A stretch of DNA of 64,000 nt from Octopus bimaculoides (Eukaryota): the NCBI RefSeq assembly GCF_001194135.2, contig NC_068985.1, positions 84,721,384 to 84,785,383 of the forward strand, written 5' to 3'. A program made the translations under genes and the position numbers. Shown here piece after piece: positions 36,985 through 50,309 of this stretch. The notes beneath the pieces were generated by a model that ran no database searches, was not told the DNA's origin, and saw only the letters and a list, made by a program, of their open reading frames with translations. Each line of letters opens with the position of its first letter. The first letter of the stretch is position 1.

Positions 36985-37445
36985 AAATCAAATAGAAAAA
37001 ATCCCTATGCTAAACTATTGAGGAATCTACAGCTACTCTATCCAGATTACAAGTTCAGGTTTATACCTGTAATCATTGGGGCCCTGGGATATGTAACACA
37101 CTGCCTAAATACTAATCTTGAGAAATTAGGCTCCTTAAAACCAGAAAAGAGAAAGCTATTTTGAAGATTACAGATCCACTCCATCACTGGAAATGTAAAA
37201 GTCTGTAAAACTTCCCAGAAGTTTGTCATTTAAATATACATGAGCATGTCTAGATATGCAACTATATGCATGAGAATACATACATACAGCAAAACATATA
37301 AATCTGCACATATACATACATACATATATACAAACAAAAATACCTTGTTGTTAATGTTGAAATTCCAATGAAGGAGCCTTGAATCTAGGTTAGAAACCAG
37401 CTCTTTCTCTATTGGCAAAACTGAACAATCATACATACATACATA
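36985..37445 (+). mobile_element. 3' end of an RLE non-LTR retrotransposon, (CATA)n tail
   Basis: LLRNLQLLYPDYKFRFIPVIIGALGYVTHCLNTNLEKLG...KVCKTSQKFVI*; same 3' UTR as 57714-58048. Confidence 0.85.
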
Positions 37446-37605
37446 TGGGTGAATGCATGGTTGCATGACTAAGGGGGTTTGCTTCACAACCACATGTCTT
37501 CCAGTTCAATCCCTCTGCACAGCACCTTGGATAAATAATTTCTATAGCATTGGGCCACCTAATGCTTGTGAGTGACTTTAGCATGCAGAAACTGTACAAG
37601 GCATG

Positions 37606-37645
<40 letters not shown>

Positions 37646-38339
37646 TTAAATTTCAATGAAAAGATGTATCAAATTGTTTTAAGACACAAGCAGTTGACTG
37701 TAACTTAGAAACTCAGTATGGAAGAGATGTGAATTATGAAAAAAAACCCTTTTTACTTAGGTGATCAGTTCATATAAAAGAAATTAATAGTGTAATATAG
37801 TATTTAAAAGGATTCTTTTTCATTTTTAACGTTTCTTTACATTTCAATTGCCCAAGAAATGATGGTTATTTATTATATGAACATATATTAAATCCATTAT
37901 TGAAATATGTGTGCAATAGCAATTCGAATAAATCATTTAAAATATTATATATATATATATATCTGTATGTATGTATTTATGCGAAAAGGAGGGATTTACA
38001 TGGGAATTGTGGAACAGTAGGCAGTGACTTTTATTGACATTTCTTTGTCAACAAATCATCTAATTGTTCTGCAGTGTTGAAGACAAGTGGAAAGAAAACT
38101 CCTTTAAATAAAAACAGGTAAGAATTAGTGACAGAAAGGTAATTCAGCTACAAAACCAATGTCTTAATCACATGCATTCCTTTAACCCATGAATGACTGC
38201 ATTATATATTAAAGTGAATCATTACAGAATTACAGTTGGTCATGTGTTTTGCTTAGTACAGACTGTTCACTTAAATGAAGCATTTACTGCATTCAATAGA
38301 ATACACAGACTCCTCAAAACTAGAAACCATCATTTCTAA

Positions 38340-38745
38340 AAGATCTATTTCTCCTTACTTCTTTAGGTATTTGCTGGTCAAAGAAAAGGTTTCCTTCCAG
38401 CCAGTCTGCCATAGTAGCTAAGTTGATGGAGATACCTCACAGAAGCCAGAATTACTCCCAAGTCATTTGGAGCTTCTCTGCAACATTAGCTGCCTTCAAC
38501 AATCCTCTGAACAACCCAAAGGCACCTGTCAGAGGGCTCGGGTTGACTTGAGCAGAGTGCTGTTGATTTCTTTGCTTTGCTGGTGAATTGTACAATCACT
38601 CTGTTTGACTGTGGTAAGAGGAATCCCAAGGTCTTGTGTAATGTTACACTGGCTAAATCCACCTTCAAATTGACCCACAATATACCCTCTTTGGAAATCA
38701 AATAACTCTTTTGCTTCTGGTGTTTGTTGCATGGCTGGTTACTAT
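38340..38745 (-). mobile_element. Tc1-like transposase N-terminal fragment
   Basis: MQQTPEAKELFDFQRGYIVGQFEGGFSQ..I.QDLGIPLTTV / NRVIVQFT... / YLHQLSYYGRLAGRKPFL. Confidence 0.85.
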
Positions 38746-38764
38746 AAGCAATTAATATACTGTA

Positions 38765-39160
38765 AACATCATCATTTAATGTCCACTGTCCATGCTGACA
38801 TAGATTGGACAGTTTAACGAGGGCTGGTAAGCTGAGGGGCTGCACCAGATTCCAGTTTGATTTGGCATGTTTCTACAGCTGGATGCCTTTCCTAACGCCA
38901 ACCACTCTGATAGTGTAGTGGGTGCTTTTACATGTCACCAGCATGGGTGCCAGTTGCATGACACCAGTATCTACCACAACTATGATTTCACTCAGCTTGA
39001 TGGATCTTCCTTCTCAAGCACAGCATATTGCCAAATGTCGCAGTCATTTGTCATTGCCTCCATGAGGCCCAGTGCTCAAAAGGTGCTTTTTATGTGCTAC
39101 CAGCATGGATTGCTAGTTCCATGATACCAACATCAACCACATTGCCTCCATGAGACACAA
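38765..39160 (-). mobile_element. RTE LINE 3' UTR copy
   Basis: TCTACAGCTGGATGCCTTTCCTAACGCCAACCACTC motif; CATCAT tail on plus. Confidence 0.8.
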
Positions 39161-39429
39161 CACGAATTTGTGAATAAGTCACTGACCGAAATAAGTGGAT
39201 CTATTGTTTAGGAAAATACTATTTACTTGTTTAAGGGTTGTACTGGATAAATTGCGAAAATAATACTAACAGTTTAAATACTAAGAAATAAGTGTACTCA
39301 ATTTGATTTATACCAAATGATTTAGGAAAATAGATGGGTTATTTCCCTTGGTTGTTAAAATCTGGGTGAATGGATTATTTCCATTGGCTGTTAATATGAA
39401 GTATATTAGATATATATATAAGGATGCCT

Positions 39430-39606
39430 TCCAGGGGCCCTATTATCGATTTATTTTTCAACAATCTGAGTATGCCATGAGGTTTCCAGACATGAGTTAT
39501 ACTCATGTCTCAAGTTTCATCAAAATCGAAAAACGAATGTAGTAGGAGTTAGCTAACAACTCCACAAACATACCCACAGACCGAATTCCCCATATATATA
39601 GTAGAC
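39430..39606 (+). mobile_element. Possible non-autonomous Helitron/Helentron-type 3' end
   Basis: AAGTTTCATCAAAATCG motif, perfect 10-bp hairpin AGACATGAGT-TAT-ACTCATGTCT (39488-39510), terminus ...CATATATATAGTAGAC; family assignment from recalled resemblance only. Confidence 0.4.
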
Positions 39607-39654
39607 ATATATGTATGTATGTATGTTTGTATATGTATATATTTTATGTGTGTA

Positions 39655-39850
39655 TCTTTGTGTCTGCATATGTCCCCCATTACCACTTAACAGCTGGTGT
39701 TGGTGCATTTATGTCCCCATAACATAGCGGTTCAGCAAAAGATATTGATAAAATAAGTCCCGAGGTCGATTTGATCAACTAAAACCCCTCAAGGTGGTGC
39801 TCCAGCATGGCCACAGTCAGCTGACTGAAACAAGTAAAAGAATAAAATTA
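39655..39850 (+). mobile_element. Family D SINE 3' half
   Basis: ...GGTGCTCCAGCATGGCCACAGTCAGCTGACTGAAACAAGTAAAAG. Confidence 0.8.
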
Positions 39851-39867
39851 GATACATATGCATACAT

Positions 39868-39912
<45 letters not shown>

Positions 39913-40979
39913 NNNNNNNNNNNNNNNNNNNNNNNNNNNNNNNNNNNNNNNNNNNNNNNNNNNNNNNNNNNNNNNNNNNNNNNNNNNNNNNNNNNNNNNN
40001 NNNNNNNNNNNNNNNNNNNNNNNNNNNNNNNNNNNNNNNNNNNNNNNNNNNNNNNNNNNNNNNNNNNNNNNNNNNNNNNNNNNNNNNNNNNNNNNNNNNN
40101 NNNNNNNNNNNNNNNNNNNNNNNNNNNNNNNNNNNNNNNNNNNNNNNNNNNNNNNNNNNNNNNNNNNNNNNNNNNNNNNNNNNNNNNNNNNNNNNNNNNN
40201 NNNNNNNNNNNNNNNNNNNNNNNNNNNNNNNNNNNNNNNNNNNNNNNNNNNNNNNNNNNNNNNNNNNNNNNNNNNNNNNNNNNNNNNNNNNNNNNNNNNN
40301 NNNNNNNNNNNNNNNNNNNNNNNNNNNNNNNNNNNNNNNNNNNNNNNNNNNNNNNNNNNNNNNNNNNNNNNNNNNNNNNNNNNNNNNNNNNNNNNNNNNN
40401 NNNNNNNNNNNNNNNNNNNNNNNNNNNNNNNNNNNNNNNNNNNNNNNNNNNNNNNNNNNNNNNNNNNNNNNNNNNNNNNNNNNNNNNNNNNNNNNNNNNN
40501 NNNNNNNNNNNNNNNNNNNNNNNNNNNNNNNNNNNNNNNNNNNNNNNNNNNNNNNNNNNNNNNNNNNNNNNNNNNNNNNNNNNNNNNNNNNNNNNNNNNN
40601 NNNNNNNNNNNNNNNNNNNNNNNNNNNNNNNNNNNNNNNNNNNNNNNNNNNNNNNNNNNNNNNNNNNNNNNNNNNNNNNNNNNNNNNNNNNNNNNNNNNN
40701 NNNNNNNNNNNNNNNNNNNNNNNNNNNNNNNNNNNNNNNNNNNNNNNNNNNNNNNNNNNNNNNNNNNNNNNNNNNNNNNNNNNNNNNNNNNNNNNNNNNN
40801 NNNNNNNNNNNNNNNNNNNNNNNNNNNNNNNNNNNNNNNNNNNNNNNNNNNNNNNNNNNNNNNNNNNATATATATACATACATATACACATACATATATA
40901 TAAATATATAAAAATATATATACAAGTACATGTATGTTTATATATACATATATATATATATATATATACAAATATATAT

Positions 40980-41038
<59 letters not shown>

Positions 41039-41494
41039 TTCATATTAAGCAGAATTTTTTATGATCATATGGTGATAGAAATATTTATCTTACTTTGCCT
41101 TTTGTTATTAACATTGAATCATTGAAAACTTTGATAATTTGTGTACTTTTTCAGTTAGTGATTGGGTTTCTCTATTAGATGTGTATGTGTGTGTGTGTGT
41201 ACTTGAAGAGAGGGAAGTAGATATAAATAGAGACACAAGGCAGAAACATTACTGGTTAAATTATATCTTTTCTTTTCTGTGAACCGAAAAAACAATGTGG
41301 CTAGTTTCAGTATTTTGACTTCATCAGAGATCAGTCACACATTTTTCAGGCTTAGAAAGAATATTAGCTTTAAGTAAAAATGATATAACGGAAGCACAGA
41401 TACGACTAGATTAGTGTGTCTTAATTTGTAAGTGCATGTATAATCAAACAACATATCTTTTCTCTGAAAATTGAAATACAAAGTTTCTTCTTCA

Positions 41495-41617
41495 GTGGTA
41501 TCTAAAAGCTCCAGGACTAGTTATGTTTCCTTCAAAACAGTCGCCTTGTGCAGAAATATATTGGTTCCAACATATCTGCCACCTTTGGAATTCAGCCTGG
41601 AAGTCGTTTTCCATAAG
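41495..41617 (-). mobile_element. Mariner 3' end fragment (same family as 50310-51159)
   Basis: GTGGTATCTAAAAGCTCCAGGACTAGTT TIR-like end; FQAEFQRWQICWNQYISAQGDCFEG. Confidence 0.8.
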
Positions 41618-43030
41618 AGAAAAAGAGAAAGAGGGAGAGAGAGAGACGTAGAAAATAGTAAAGGAGGGAGAGAGAAAAAAAAGGGAATTAGAGAAGGAAG
41701 TAAAAAGAAAACAGTATAAAGTAGCCATTTTCTATCTCTCTCTTGTTGCTCAAACATGACCACCATACATCTTTGTATTCCTCATGTAGCCATCATGGAC
41801 ATTTAAGGGAGCAGACATGTTTTTCTTTCTCTCTTCTATCTTTTGTCTTTAAAAAAGGAAATGTTTCTCCCAGCATTCACTATTTTCCTCTCATTCTGGT
41901 CTAACAACACCCACTATGTTTGTTTTCATTCAGTTTCCTTATATGTCTCCACTGTCATTTTTTCGTTCCCAACTTTGACCCTCCATAAATCCTAAATTTT
42001 ATCTTAGAATTTATGAGAGCAACTGTCTTTGAAGATTCAGATTATTGTTGAATGCTCGAAATATGGAGTAGAAAGACATCCAACAACTGATGAAGGGTTG
42101 TTTCTCTGTGTTTACTTGTCCTGTTTTCCTTTTTTTCTTGTTGCTTATGTATTTCATGTTATTTGCACCATTGGTAACGTCCTGTACCCATATATGCATG
42201 TGTGGTATNNNNNNNNNNNNNNNNNNNNNNNNNNNNNNNNNNNNNNNNNNNNNNNNNNNNNNNNNNNNNNNNNNNNNNNNNNNNNNNNNNNNNNNNNNNN
42301 NNNNNNNNNNNNNNNNNNNNNNNNNNNNNNNNNNNNNNNNNNNNNNNNNNNNNNNNNNNNNNNNNNNNNNNNNNNNNNNNNNNNNNNNNNNNNNNNNNNN
42401 NNNNNNNNNNNNNNNNNNNNNNNNNNNNNNNNNNNNNNNNNNNNNNNNNNNNNNNNNNNNNNNNNNNNNNNNNNNNNNNNNNNNNNNNNNNNNNNNNNNN
42501 NNNNNNNNNNNNNNNNNNNNNNNNNNNNNNNNNNNNNNNNNNNNNNNNNNNNNNNNNNNNNNNNNNNNNNNNNNNNNNNNNNNNNNNNNNNNNNNNNNNN
42601 NNNNNNNNNNNNNNNNNNNNNNNNNNNNNNNNNNNNNNNNNNNNNNNNNNNNNNNNNNNNNNNNNNNNNNNNNNNNNNNNNNNNNNNNNNNNNNNNNNNN
42701 NNNNNNNNNNNNNNNNNNNNNNNNNNNNNNNNNNNNNNNNNNNNNNNNNNNNNNNNNNNNNNNNNNNNNNNNNNNNNNNNNNNNNNNNNNNNNNNNNNNN
42801 NNNNNNNNNNNNNNNNNNNNNNNNNNNNNNNNNNNNNNNNNNNNNNNNNNNNNNNNNNNNNNNNNNNNNNNNNNNNNNNNNNNNNNNNNNNNNNNNNNNN
42901 NNNNNNNNNNNNNNNNNNNNNNNNNNNNNNNNNNNNNNNNNNNNNNNNNNNNNNNNNNNNNNNNNNNNNNNNNNNNNNNNNNNNNNNNNNNNNNNNNNNN
43001 NNNNNNNNNNNNNNNNNNNNNNNNNNNNNN

Positions 43031-43088
<58 letters not shown>

Positions 43089-43559
43089 CAAATTTACACA
43101 TATCCTTTGAAATTGGTACACTAAATTCTTGCATATCATAAAGAGATGAGTAGAAGAGTTAACACCAGGAAAGACATCAAATTGTAAAACATTACCTCAA
43201 AAAGTCTCATTCAACCCATGACAGCATGGAAGAGTTGCTGTAAAACAAAAAGGATGACAACAACGATATCTGCATATTTATGTCTGTTCAAATACATGTA
43301 TATGCTCTTCACATACACACACACACACACAAAGTGATATATCAGAATTCTTCTTTCTTAAATATGGTTTCAGGTGAATAAGAATGATAGATTTTGAGTT
43401 CGAATACAGCTTTGTTAGTTTCATAATATTGTCATTTTTAAATTCAATAGGCAAACCACTTCTTGTCATCGTCATAACCACCAATATTTTTGTTCTCAAT
43501 CAGGTGGGGGAAGTGGGGGAGTAATGTCTACATGTGTCACTATCATGATCACCATATCT

Positions 43560-43953
43560 TTTTCTTTTCTTTTACTTGTTTCAGTCATTTGACTGCAGCC
43601 ATGCTGGAGCACTGCCTTTAGTCAAACAAATCAACCCCAGGACTCATTCTTTGTAAGCCTGGTACTTATTGTATTGGTCTCTTTTGCCAAGCCACTAAGT
43701 TACGGGGATGTAAACACGCCAGCATTGGTTGTCAAGCGATGTTGATGGGGACAAACACAGACACACAAATACATACATATATATATATATATATGATGGG
43801 CTTCTTTCAGTTTCCGTCTACCAAATCCACTCGCAAAGTTTTGGCCCAAGACTATACTAGAACACACTTGCCCAAGGTGTCATGCAGTGGGACTGAACTT
43901 GAAACCATGAGGTTGGGAAGCAAGCTTCTTACCACACAGCCACTCCTGCACCT
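43560..43953 (-). mobile_element. Family D SINE, full length
   Basis: Colinear with 6065-6500, with a short internal TA tract. Confidence 0.9.
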
Positions 43954-43977
43954 ATATATGATATATGCATTTATATA

Positions 43978-44026
<49 letters not shown>

Positions 44027-44617
44027 TTATCACTATCATCATCCTCATCAGTTCTGTGATTTCAGAGATGACCAGATTACAGTCAGCATTTGAACCCCTT
44101 ATCGCCCATCTTTCTCCTTCTTGTCATTATTATCTTACCAAACGTAATAGCCACTCCTGCATCATCACCAGCATGAGTGTCACTAACATCATCATCACCA
44201 TCATCACCATCATCATCATCATCTCCATCATCAGGCATTTCACCACCAACAAAACATTGGTGGTGGTGGTGGTAGGGAGGGCTGCTTCCATCCTCTCCCT
44301 CTCCCTCTCCCTCTTCCCCTTGACTCTATGATTCAATTTTGTAATAATTTATTTACGAATCTTTTTTGGGAGTGGGTGGGGGTGGGGGGTGGGGGATTTG
44401 ATTGATCCGTCATTAAGCATTAATGAATGCCACATGTCATTGAAAACATGCCCCTGCTAATACTTTTGCCATAACAGCAATGACATCAACTTCCACAACA
44501 TCAACAACAGGATAGCAATAACAACATTAACAGTGATAGATTTTACCTGGATGGAATATAATGCCTGAATGTGAATTGTATCCAAAGTCTCTTTTATTCT
44601 CTCACTCTGACATATGA

Positions 44618-44663
<46 letters not shown>

Positions 44664-45004
44664 GTGTGTGTGTATCTATCTTGCTCTTTCTCTTTCCTCC
44701 TTCCTCCCCACTTCTCTCTCATAGTAGTTCTCTTATTCTTTCTTTGGAATGCCTCCTTCGAGCAATGGTTTTGAAGGCTGCAATGATGAAGAAATGCAAG
44801 AGGTTAATGAACAAAAGAAAAACCTTGTGAGGAGGAGGAGGAGGTTACTCGATTACATCAATTTGGGTACTGAGCAAATATTTTTCTTGTCAATCCCAGA
44901 AGCATTAGCAACAAAGTTGACCTTAACTGGATTTGAAATCAGAACGTAAACCGCTAGAACAAATACTGCAAAACCTTTTGCAATATTCTCTCTGCCAATC
45001 TACT

Positions 45005-45325
45005 TCTTTCTTTCTTCTTTTCACCCTTTTAAAGCCTAGCCAGGCTCATGGGCCCAGTTTTCTGGTTTCTATGGCGTCTGTGTTCCCCCATCAGTTGGAT
45101 GGGACACCAGTCCATCACAGCCTTATTCAAGAAACAGGAAGAAAGAGTGAGAGAAAGTTGGGGTGAAAGAGTACAACAGGGGTCGCCACCACCCCCTCCC
45201 GGAGCCTCGTGGAGCTTTTAGGTGTTTTCGCTCAATAAACACACACAACGCTCGGTCTAGGAATCGAAACCGCGATCCTCCGACCACGAGTCCGCTGCCC
45301 TAACCACTGGGCCATTGCGCCTCCA
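45005..45325 (-). mobile_element. Young family A SINE with 13-bp TSD, nested at the head of a family B copy
   Basis: CTGCCAATCTACT at 44992-45004 and 45326-45338; intact A and B boxes; CpGs retained. Confidence 0.93.
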
Positions 45326-45779
45326 CTGCCAATCTACTACCACACAGATATTCATGAAGTTATTATCTTAATACAATACAGACACCTGGATTCTTATGAG
45401 GGTGTGAAATGTCTCATCCCATGATGTGAGTAGAAGACCAAAGAAAACATTTATGGACATATTTAACCCACCTCTGCAATTGCTGCTGGACACAGAGTAG
45501 ACTTTGTTGGCCTCTGCTTGTCGTGATGGACACCAAATTGTGTTGGACATTATTATGATATTTTGAAGTCTTCCATACCCTCACAAAAGGGCAAAGACTA
45601 CTCAGTTAACTTCATGTTATTGGCTAAGACACACAACATTGCAACTGTGGACCTACAAAAAATGACAGCAAACAAAAAAGTCCTTGGTTTGACAAATTAA
45701 GACACCCTGGTCATGGAAGCTGGAGTGGGGAACAAGAGTAGCAGCAGCAGAAGGTAGTGGTGGTGGTGCTGCTGCTGCT

Positions 45780-45810
<31 letters not shown>

Positions 45811-46683
45811 ATGATGATGATGATGCTGATGTTAATGCTGCTAGTTATGATGGTGGTGCTGGTGATGGTGCAGTTGCTGATCATTGTTGTGGTGCTGGTG
45901 GTGGATATCCATTTTTCTATGATGTCATACTTTATCGGTTAGGTGTCTATAACAATGGTCTCCAAACTCAAACTGCAATTGTCTATATAATTCTGAAAGG
46001 ACTGCAGGAACAAAGTTTTTTTCTTTTTTAACTTCTGAAATCTGCAAAATCTTCATAAAGCCTAGATTTATATTAATACCTCCTTATTGGCATATACATT
46101 ATGAAATAAATCATCATCATCATCACGTCTGCCTTTAAATGCCAACATGGATAGGATGGGTTTTTTCCAACACTATTTTCGTATTTGTTGCATTCTTTTT
46201 GTCTTCCCTTTTATGAAATTCCACATCTCAGGTGCACTAGACCATAATTATTCAATGTGTTTGCTTTTTTAAGATCTTGGGTTGTAAGTTAAGGGGGATT
46301 TGGCTGTTATTTCTAACAAATGGAGCAGGCTGTTGAGGCTCCCTGTTCATTTGTTACCATCGTGTGCAACACTTGAAGAAGATTGGTGAAACTAAGTCAT
46401 TTCTGTGAAACTCCCACCCACTCCAGCAAAAAAGGAGAGGCTGAGAGATGTATTTAATTATGCATGAAAGTTTATTTTATTTATTTTATCTTAGATTTTT
46501 TTTTTTCATATTTTTCATATTTTCATCTCTAACGAAACCCATCTATTATCTTAATTAATTAAAAAATTGCAAATAATGTTGATAATTACAATGATTACGA
46601 CAGGATAATGATGTAATGTTTTGTGTTAAAAATACTTGATGATATGGAAATGTAATGAAATTATATGGTTACAAAGAAAACAC

Positions 46684-46731
<48 letters not shown>

Positions 46732-47112
46732 TAATAATAATAAATAATGTTGAATATGCAAAAATAAATTCAGTGATTTGATAAAAATAATGCAAAGCTG
46801 GTGGTGATGGAGAGACAGAGATGGCGGTTGTGGTGGTGATGGCTGCAGGGGTGGTGGTACTTGTGGCATCGCTGTTGTCCAAGCTGGACAGTAGTCCTTA
46901 TCAGTCTGGTACAGACATTAAAAGTGATATCCATTGTCTCTCTCTATCATAGACCAACTTTGATTTTAAAAAAAACAAATTTATACATATGCTTCCAAAA
47001 TAACAAAAAATAATTTATCACCTTTCAAATGACAGATATTTTTCATTATATTAGACTAAGAAATAACTTCAGTTTTATTCTTCAGTACACACACACACAC
47101 ACACATGTATGT

Positions 47113-47148
<36 letters not shown>

Positions 47149-47234
47149 TATAATATATACATACATATAATATATACTTGCTGAGTGTGGAGGAAAAGAA
47201 ATGTCCATAACCTTTGTAGATCTTCTCAAAAAAG

Positions 47235-47700
47235 TGAGCTTGAAATTGTTAATGTTCTGTTTCAATTGTAGCAGGTCAGTACTTGCAGGAAAGAAAGAAA
47301 CAAGAAGAAAAATTGGAAAGATGAGTAGAGTCAGGGTGTTAGAATGCTGGAGGTACAAGGCCAGCTGGCTCTGTGGAGCAGGGGCCATTACAGTTACAAC
47401 AGAAAGGTCAGAGTGAGAGAGACAACAGCTTGCCTGTGGACCAGAGAGGCTAGAGTATGTCCTTTTGCGATTGAGAGCCAATGTCATTCAATTGGACCTT
47501 CTTTGGGTAGGGTCAAGGATGTCTTTGTGCATTGCAGCCGCACCATCCCATCCATTGTGAGTCCCATTTCAGTTTTGTAGAATGTCAGCAGCTGTTGGAG
47601 GTTGGAATATTTTCTAATTCTGAATAAAAGGAGCAGTCATTGGGATAAAGTCCTTGCTATGTTAAGGACGTGCTTTGCCAGGAGAGATTCTCAGTGATAG
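47235..47700 (-). mobile_element. CR1/L2-group LINE post-RT C-terminal fragment
   Basis: LAKHVLNIARTLSQ*LLLLFRIRKYSNLQQLLTFYK / WDGAAAMH.DILD..QRR / PLVHR.AV / CNGPCSTE.AGLVPP / SFFP, across frameshifts and stops. Confidence 0.75.
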
Positions 47701-47751
47701 TATGGCCTAAGATTTAATAGGTGTTTATTAGTAAATTAGGATAAAGGGTAA

Positions 47752-48086
47752 AAACCCCCTTCGGCCATGAACAACCATGGGATTGCACCTAGAAAGTTAA
47801 CCTTTAAGGCACAAGCCCGGGCCACGTTGTGTATAGGAGACTAGCAGATGTCCATGAATACCAGTCTCCCCTCTCCACACCACCAATGTTATCCAAGGGA
47901 AAGGCAAAGGCCAATACAGCTTGGCACCAGTGACATCGCAACTCATTTTTACAGCTGAATGAACTGGAGCAAAGTGAAATAAAGTGTTTTGCTCAAGAAC
48001 ACAACACATAGCCCTGTCCGGGAATCAAACTAACTACCATGTGGCTGTGAACCCGACACTCTAACCACTGAGCCATGTGCATTCAC
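47752..48086 (-). mobile_element. Family C CORE-like SINE, full length
   Basis: Colinear with 19388-19710. Confidence 0.88.
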
Positions 48087-50309
48087 ATTAGTAAACTAGT
48101 AACAATATAATGTCATACTGGTGAACAAGGGAAAGAATTTTTTCAAACAATTATTTATCAGCAGAAATAAAACTTTTGTTTTGTTACAATGAAACTTGAA
48201 TAAAAGCTAGAAAAGAATTTAATTTCACAGACATCATTTTCTAAAAGTCACTCAAGCAAACCAAAATTTTAAGTCAAAGAATATTTTATAATTAATTAAT
48301 TCTGAAGATGCAGGAGTGACAGAACAGAAGATGGCCAGGCTGAAGAACACTCCATGTTAGTCAATACATATCAGTAAATGTTAGCAAATGGTAGCATCTC
48401 ACAGTTGAACAATACACATATATTTAGATGTAGGTAATGTTCTACTATGAGATGTGATTGCAAGTGATAACATTTGAGGCAAGATACTTAGTGAAAGAAG
48501 ACATTGGATGAAGACACTAGCCCTAAGCATTAGTCTTTACATCATACTTTATTTCTCCATACATCAGTGTACACTCCTTCAGTTTTTGCTTCCAAAAAGT
48601 AATGCAGCATATTATGTGCATGGTTATATTTGAACTGTGACCACATAATTAGTGCTCCGAATTCATTATATCATAACTATAGTACATGATTATGGCATGA
48701 ATTGGACAATTTTTCCATTAATGTCATAAGTTATAGGATAGATTAAAACAATCCAAAAGCAGTTGCAAATCAGAGTAAAGGCAACCTTTTAGAATTACAA
48801 GATTATGATTAGAAAAAGATGCCATTTTTATGCAGTAGCAGATATACCTTAATTGATAATGTAGTCCAAAATATGTCACTTTTAAAAGAAAATGTTAGGA
48901 TAGTCATAGCTAGAATGCCTTTGGTCATAGGCCTGCTTGGTGAGAATTTATCCGGGGGCTAAATATCAACCACAATTCATAGTTTGTTCAACAGGATATT
49001 TTAAGAGATGAATTCAATAACACAATAAGGTACAGGCAATAGAATTAAAACAACTGGCATTTGAGACATCTGCTTGTATGTCTCTGTATTTGATTGTCTC
49101 TTTTTAAAAGTTTGCACACAAGTGGTGACAATAAACCCTTCTGTATTTGTCTGTCACTGTGCAGCCAAAAATGTTGCATAATGGAATTGAACTCAAAACC
49201 ATATGGTTGCAAAGTGAACTTCTTAATCACACAACCAAGTCTGAACCTAAATGTGTATGCAATATTATACATAAAGGTGCACACAAATGCAAATTATACA
49301 GCTACTGGTAGATTCATATAAATAAAACAGGAAAAGTGTCTCAGACAAAACCTTAACTACATCCATGAGCATGCAGAGCAACATAATGCTTTTCAAATAT
49401 CACTGACCATAATGTATGTATATCATATTACAAAAATGCATGCAAATACTAACTACACATGGAGAGGAAAATATATTTTTGCTTTAATTCAATAACATCT
49501 TATATTCTTTATATTTTATTTGTCTCAGCCATGCTGAGGTACTACCTCAAAGGATTTCAGTTGAACAAATTGATTCCAACACTTATTTTTAAGTTTGGTA
49601 TATATTCTGTCAATCTCATTTGCTGAACCACTATGTTACAAGGATGTAAGCAAACAAACACTAGTTGTCAAGCAATGGGAGTGTGGACAAACACTGACAA
49701 AAAGACATGAACACATACACACACATGTGTGCACATGTGTGTGTGCGTGTGTGATGGACTCACCTGTCATAAATGATAGAAGTTCCACAAATCTTTTGCC
49801 AAACTACCTGAACAGATGGTTTATTTATAGTGATCAAACGTTTGAACTGTACATTAGCTCACGCCCTCCATCAAATTGACATTACCTGTACAGGTGCATC
49901 ATGTGCCATAAGTCAGGTGTCAAAGGGATTACAGAGCAGTGTGAAATGAAATGTTTTGCTGAAGAACACAATGCACCACCTGGTCTAGGAATCAAAACCA
50001 CGATCTTGCAATTGTAAGTGCAATATTCCAATAGCAGCCTCCTATAGAGTTTCCATCTCCCAAATTCACTCTCAAGGTATTGGTCAGCTTCAGGGCTACA
50101 GTAGAAGACACTTGTCATACAGGTGTTACACAGTGGTACTGAACCTGAAACCACATGATTTCGAAGCAAACTTCTTAATTACATAGCTATACCTGTACTT
50201 ATGCTTGTTAATATTCAATGAAATATTTCATCTTATTACATACCAGAATAAGAGGAGACAATGATGCTGGCAGAGTAGAATTACCCATTTAATGATACCC
50301 TGATAGTTA

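Noticed and set aside
42015-42100. TTGAAGA...CTCGAAAT and CTGATGAAGGG motifs
   Set aside because: Could not fold canonical helices II and III by eye; may be a degenerate PLE-type repeat but unsupported.
45582-45655. Minus-strand 74-nt segment with a strong acceptor and donor
   Set aside because: Stops in all three frames; could only be non-coding or terminal, with no supporting evidence.
47484-47620. Apparent SH2/JAK-like exon (IRKYSNLQQLLTFYKTEMG...PKEG) with a TTTTATTCAG acceptor
   Set aside because: Adjacent frames continue as LINE post-RT motifs (WDGAAA, PLVHR, CSTE..GLVPP, SFFP), so it is a decayed CR1/L2-group element.
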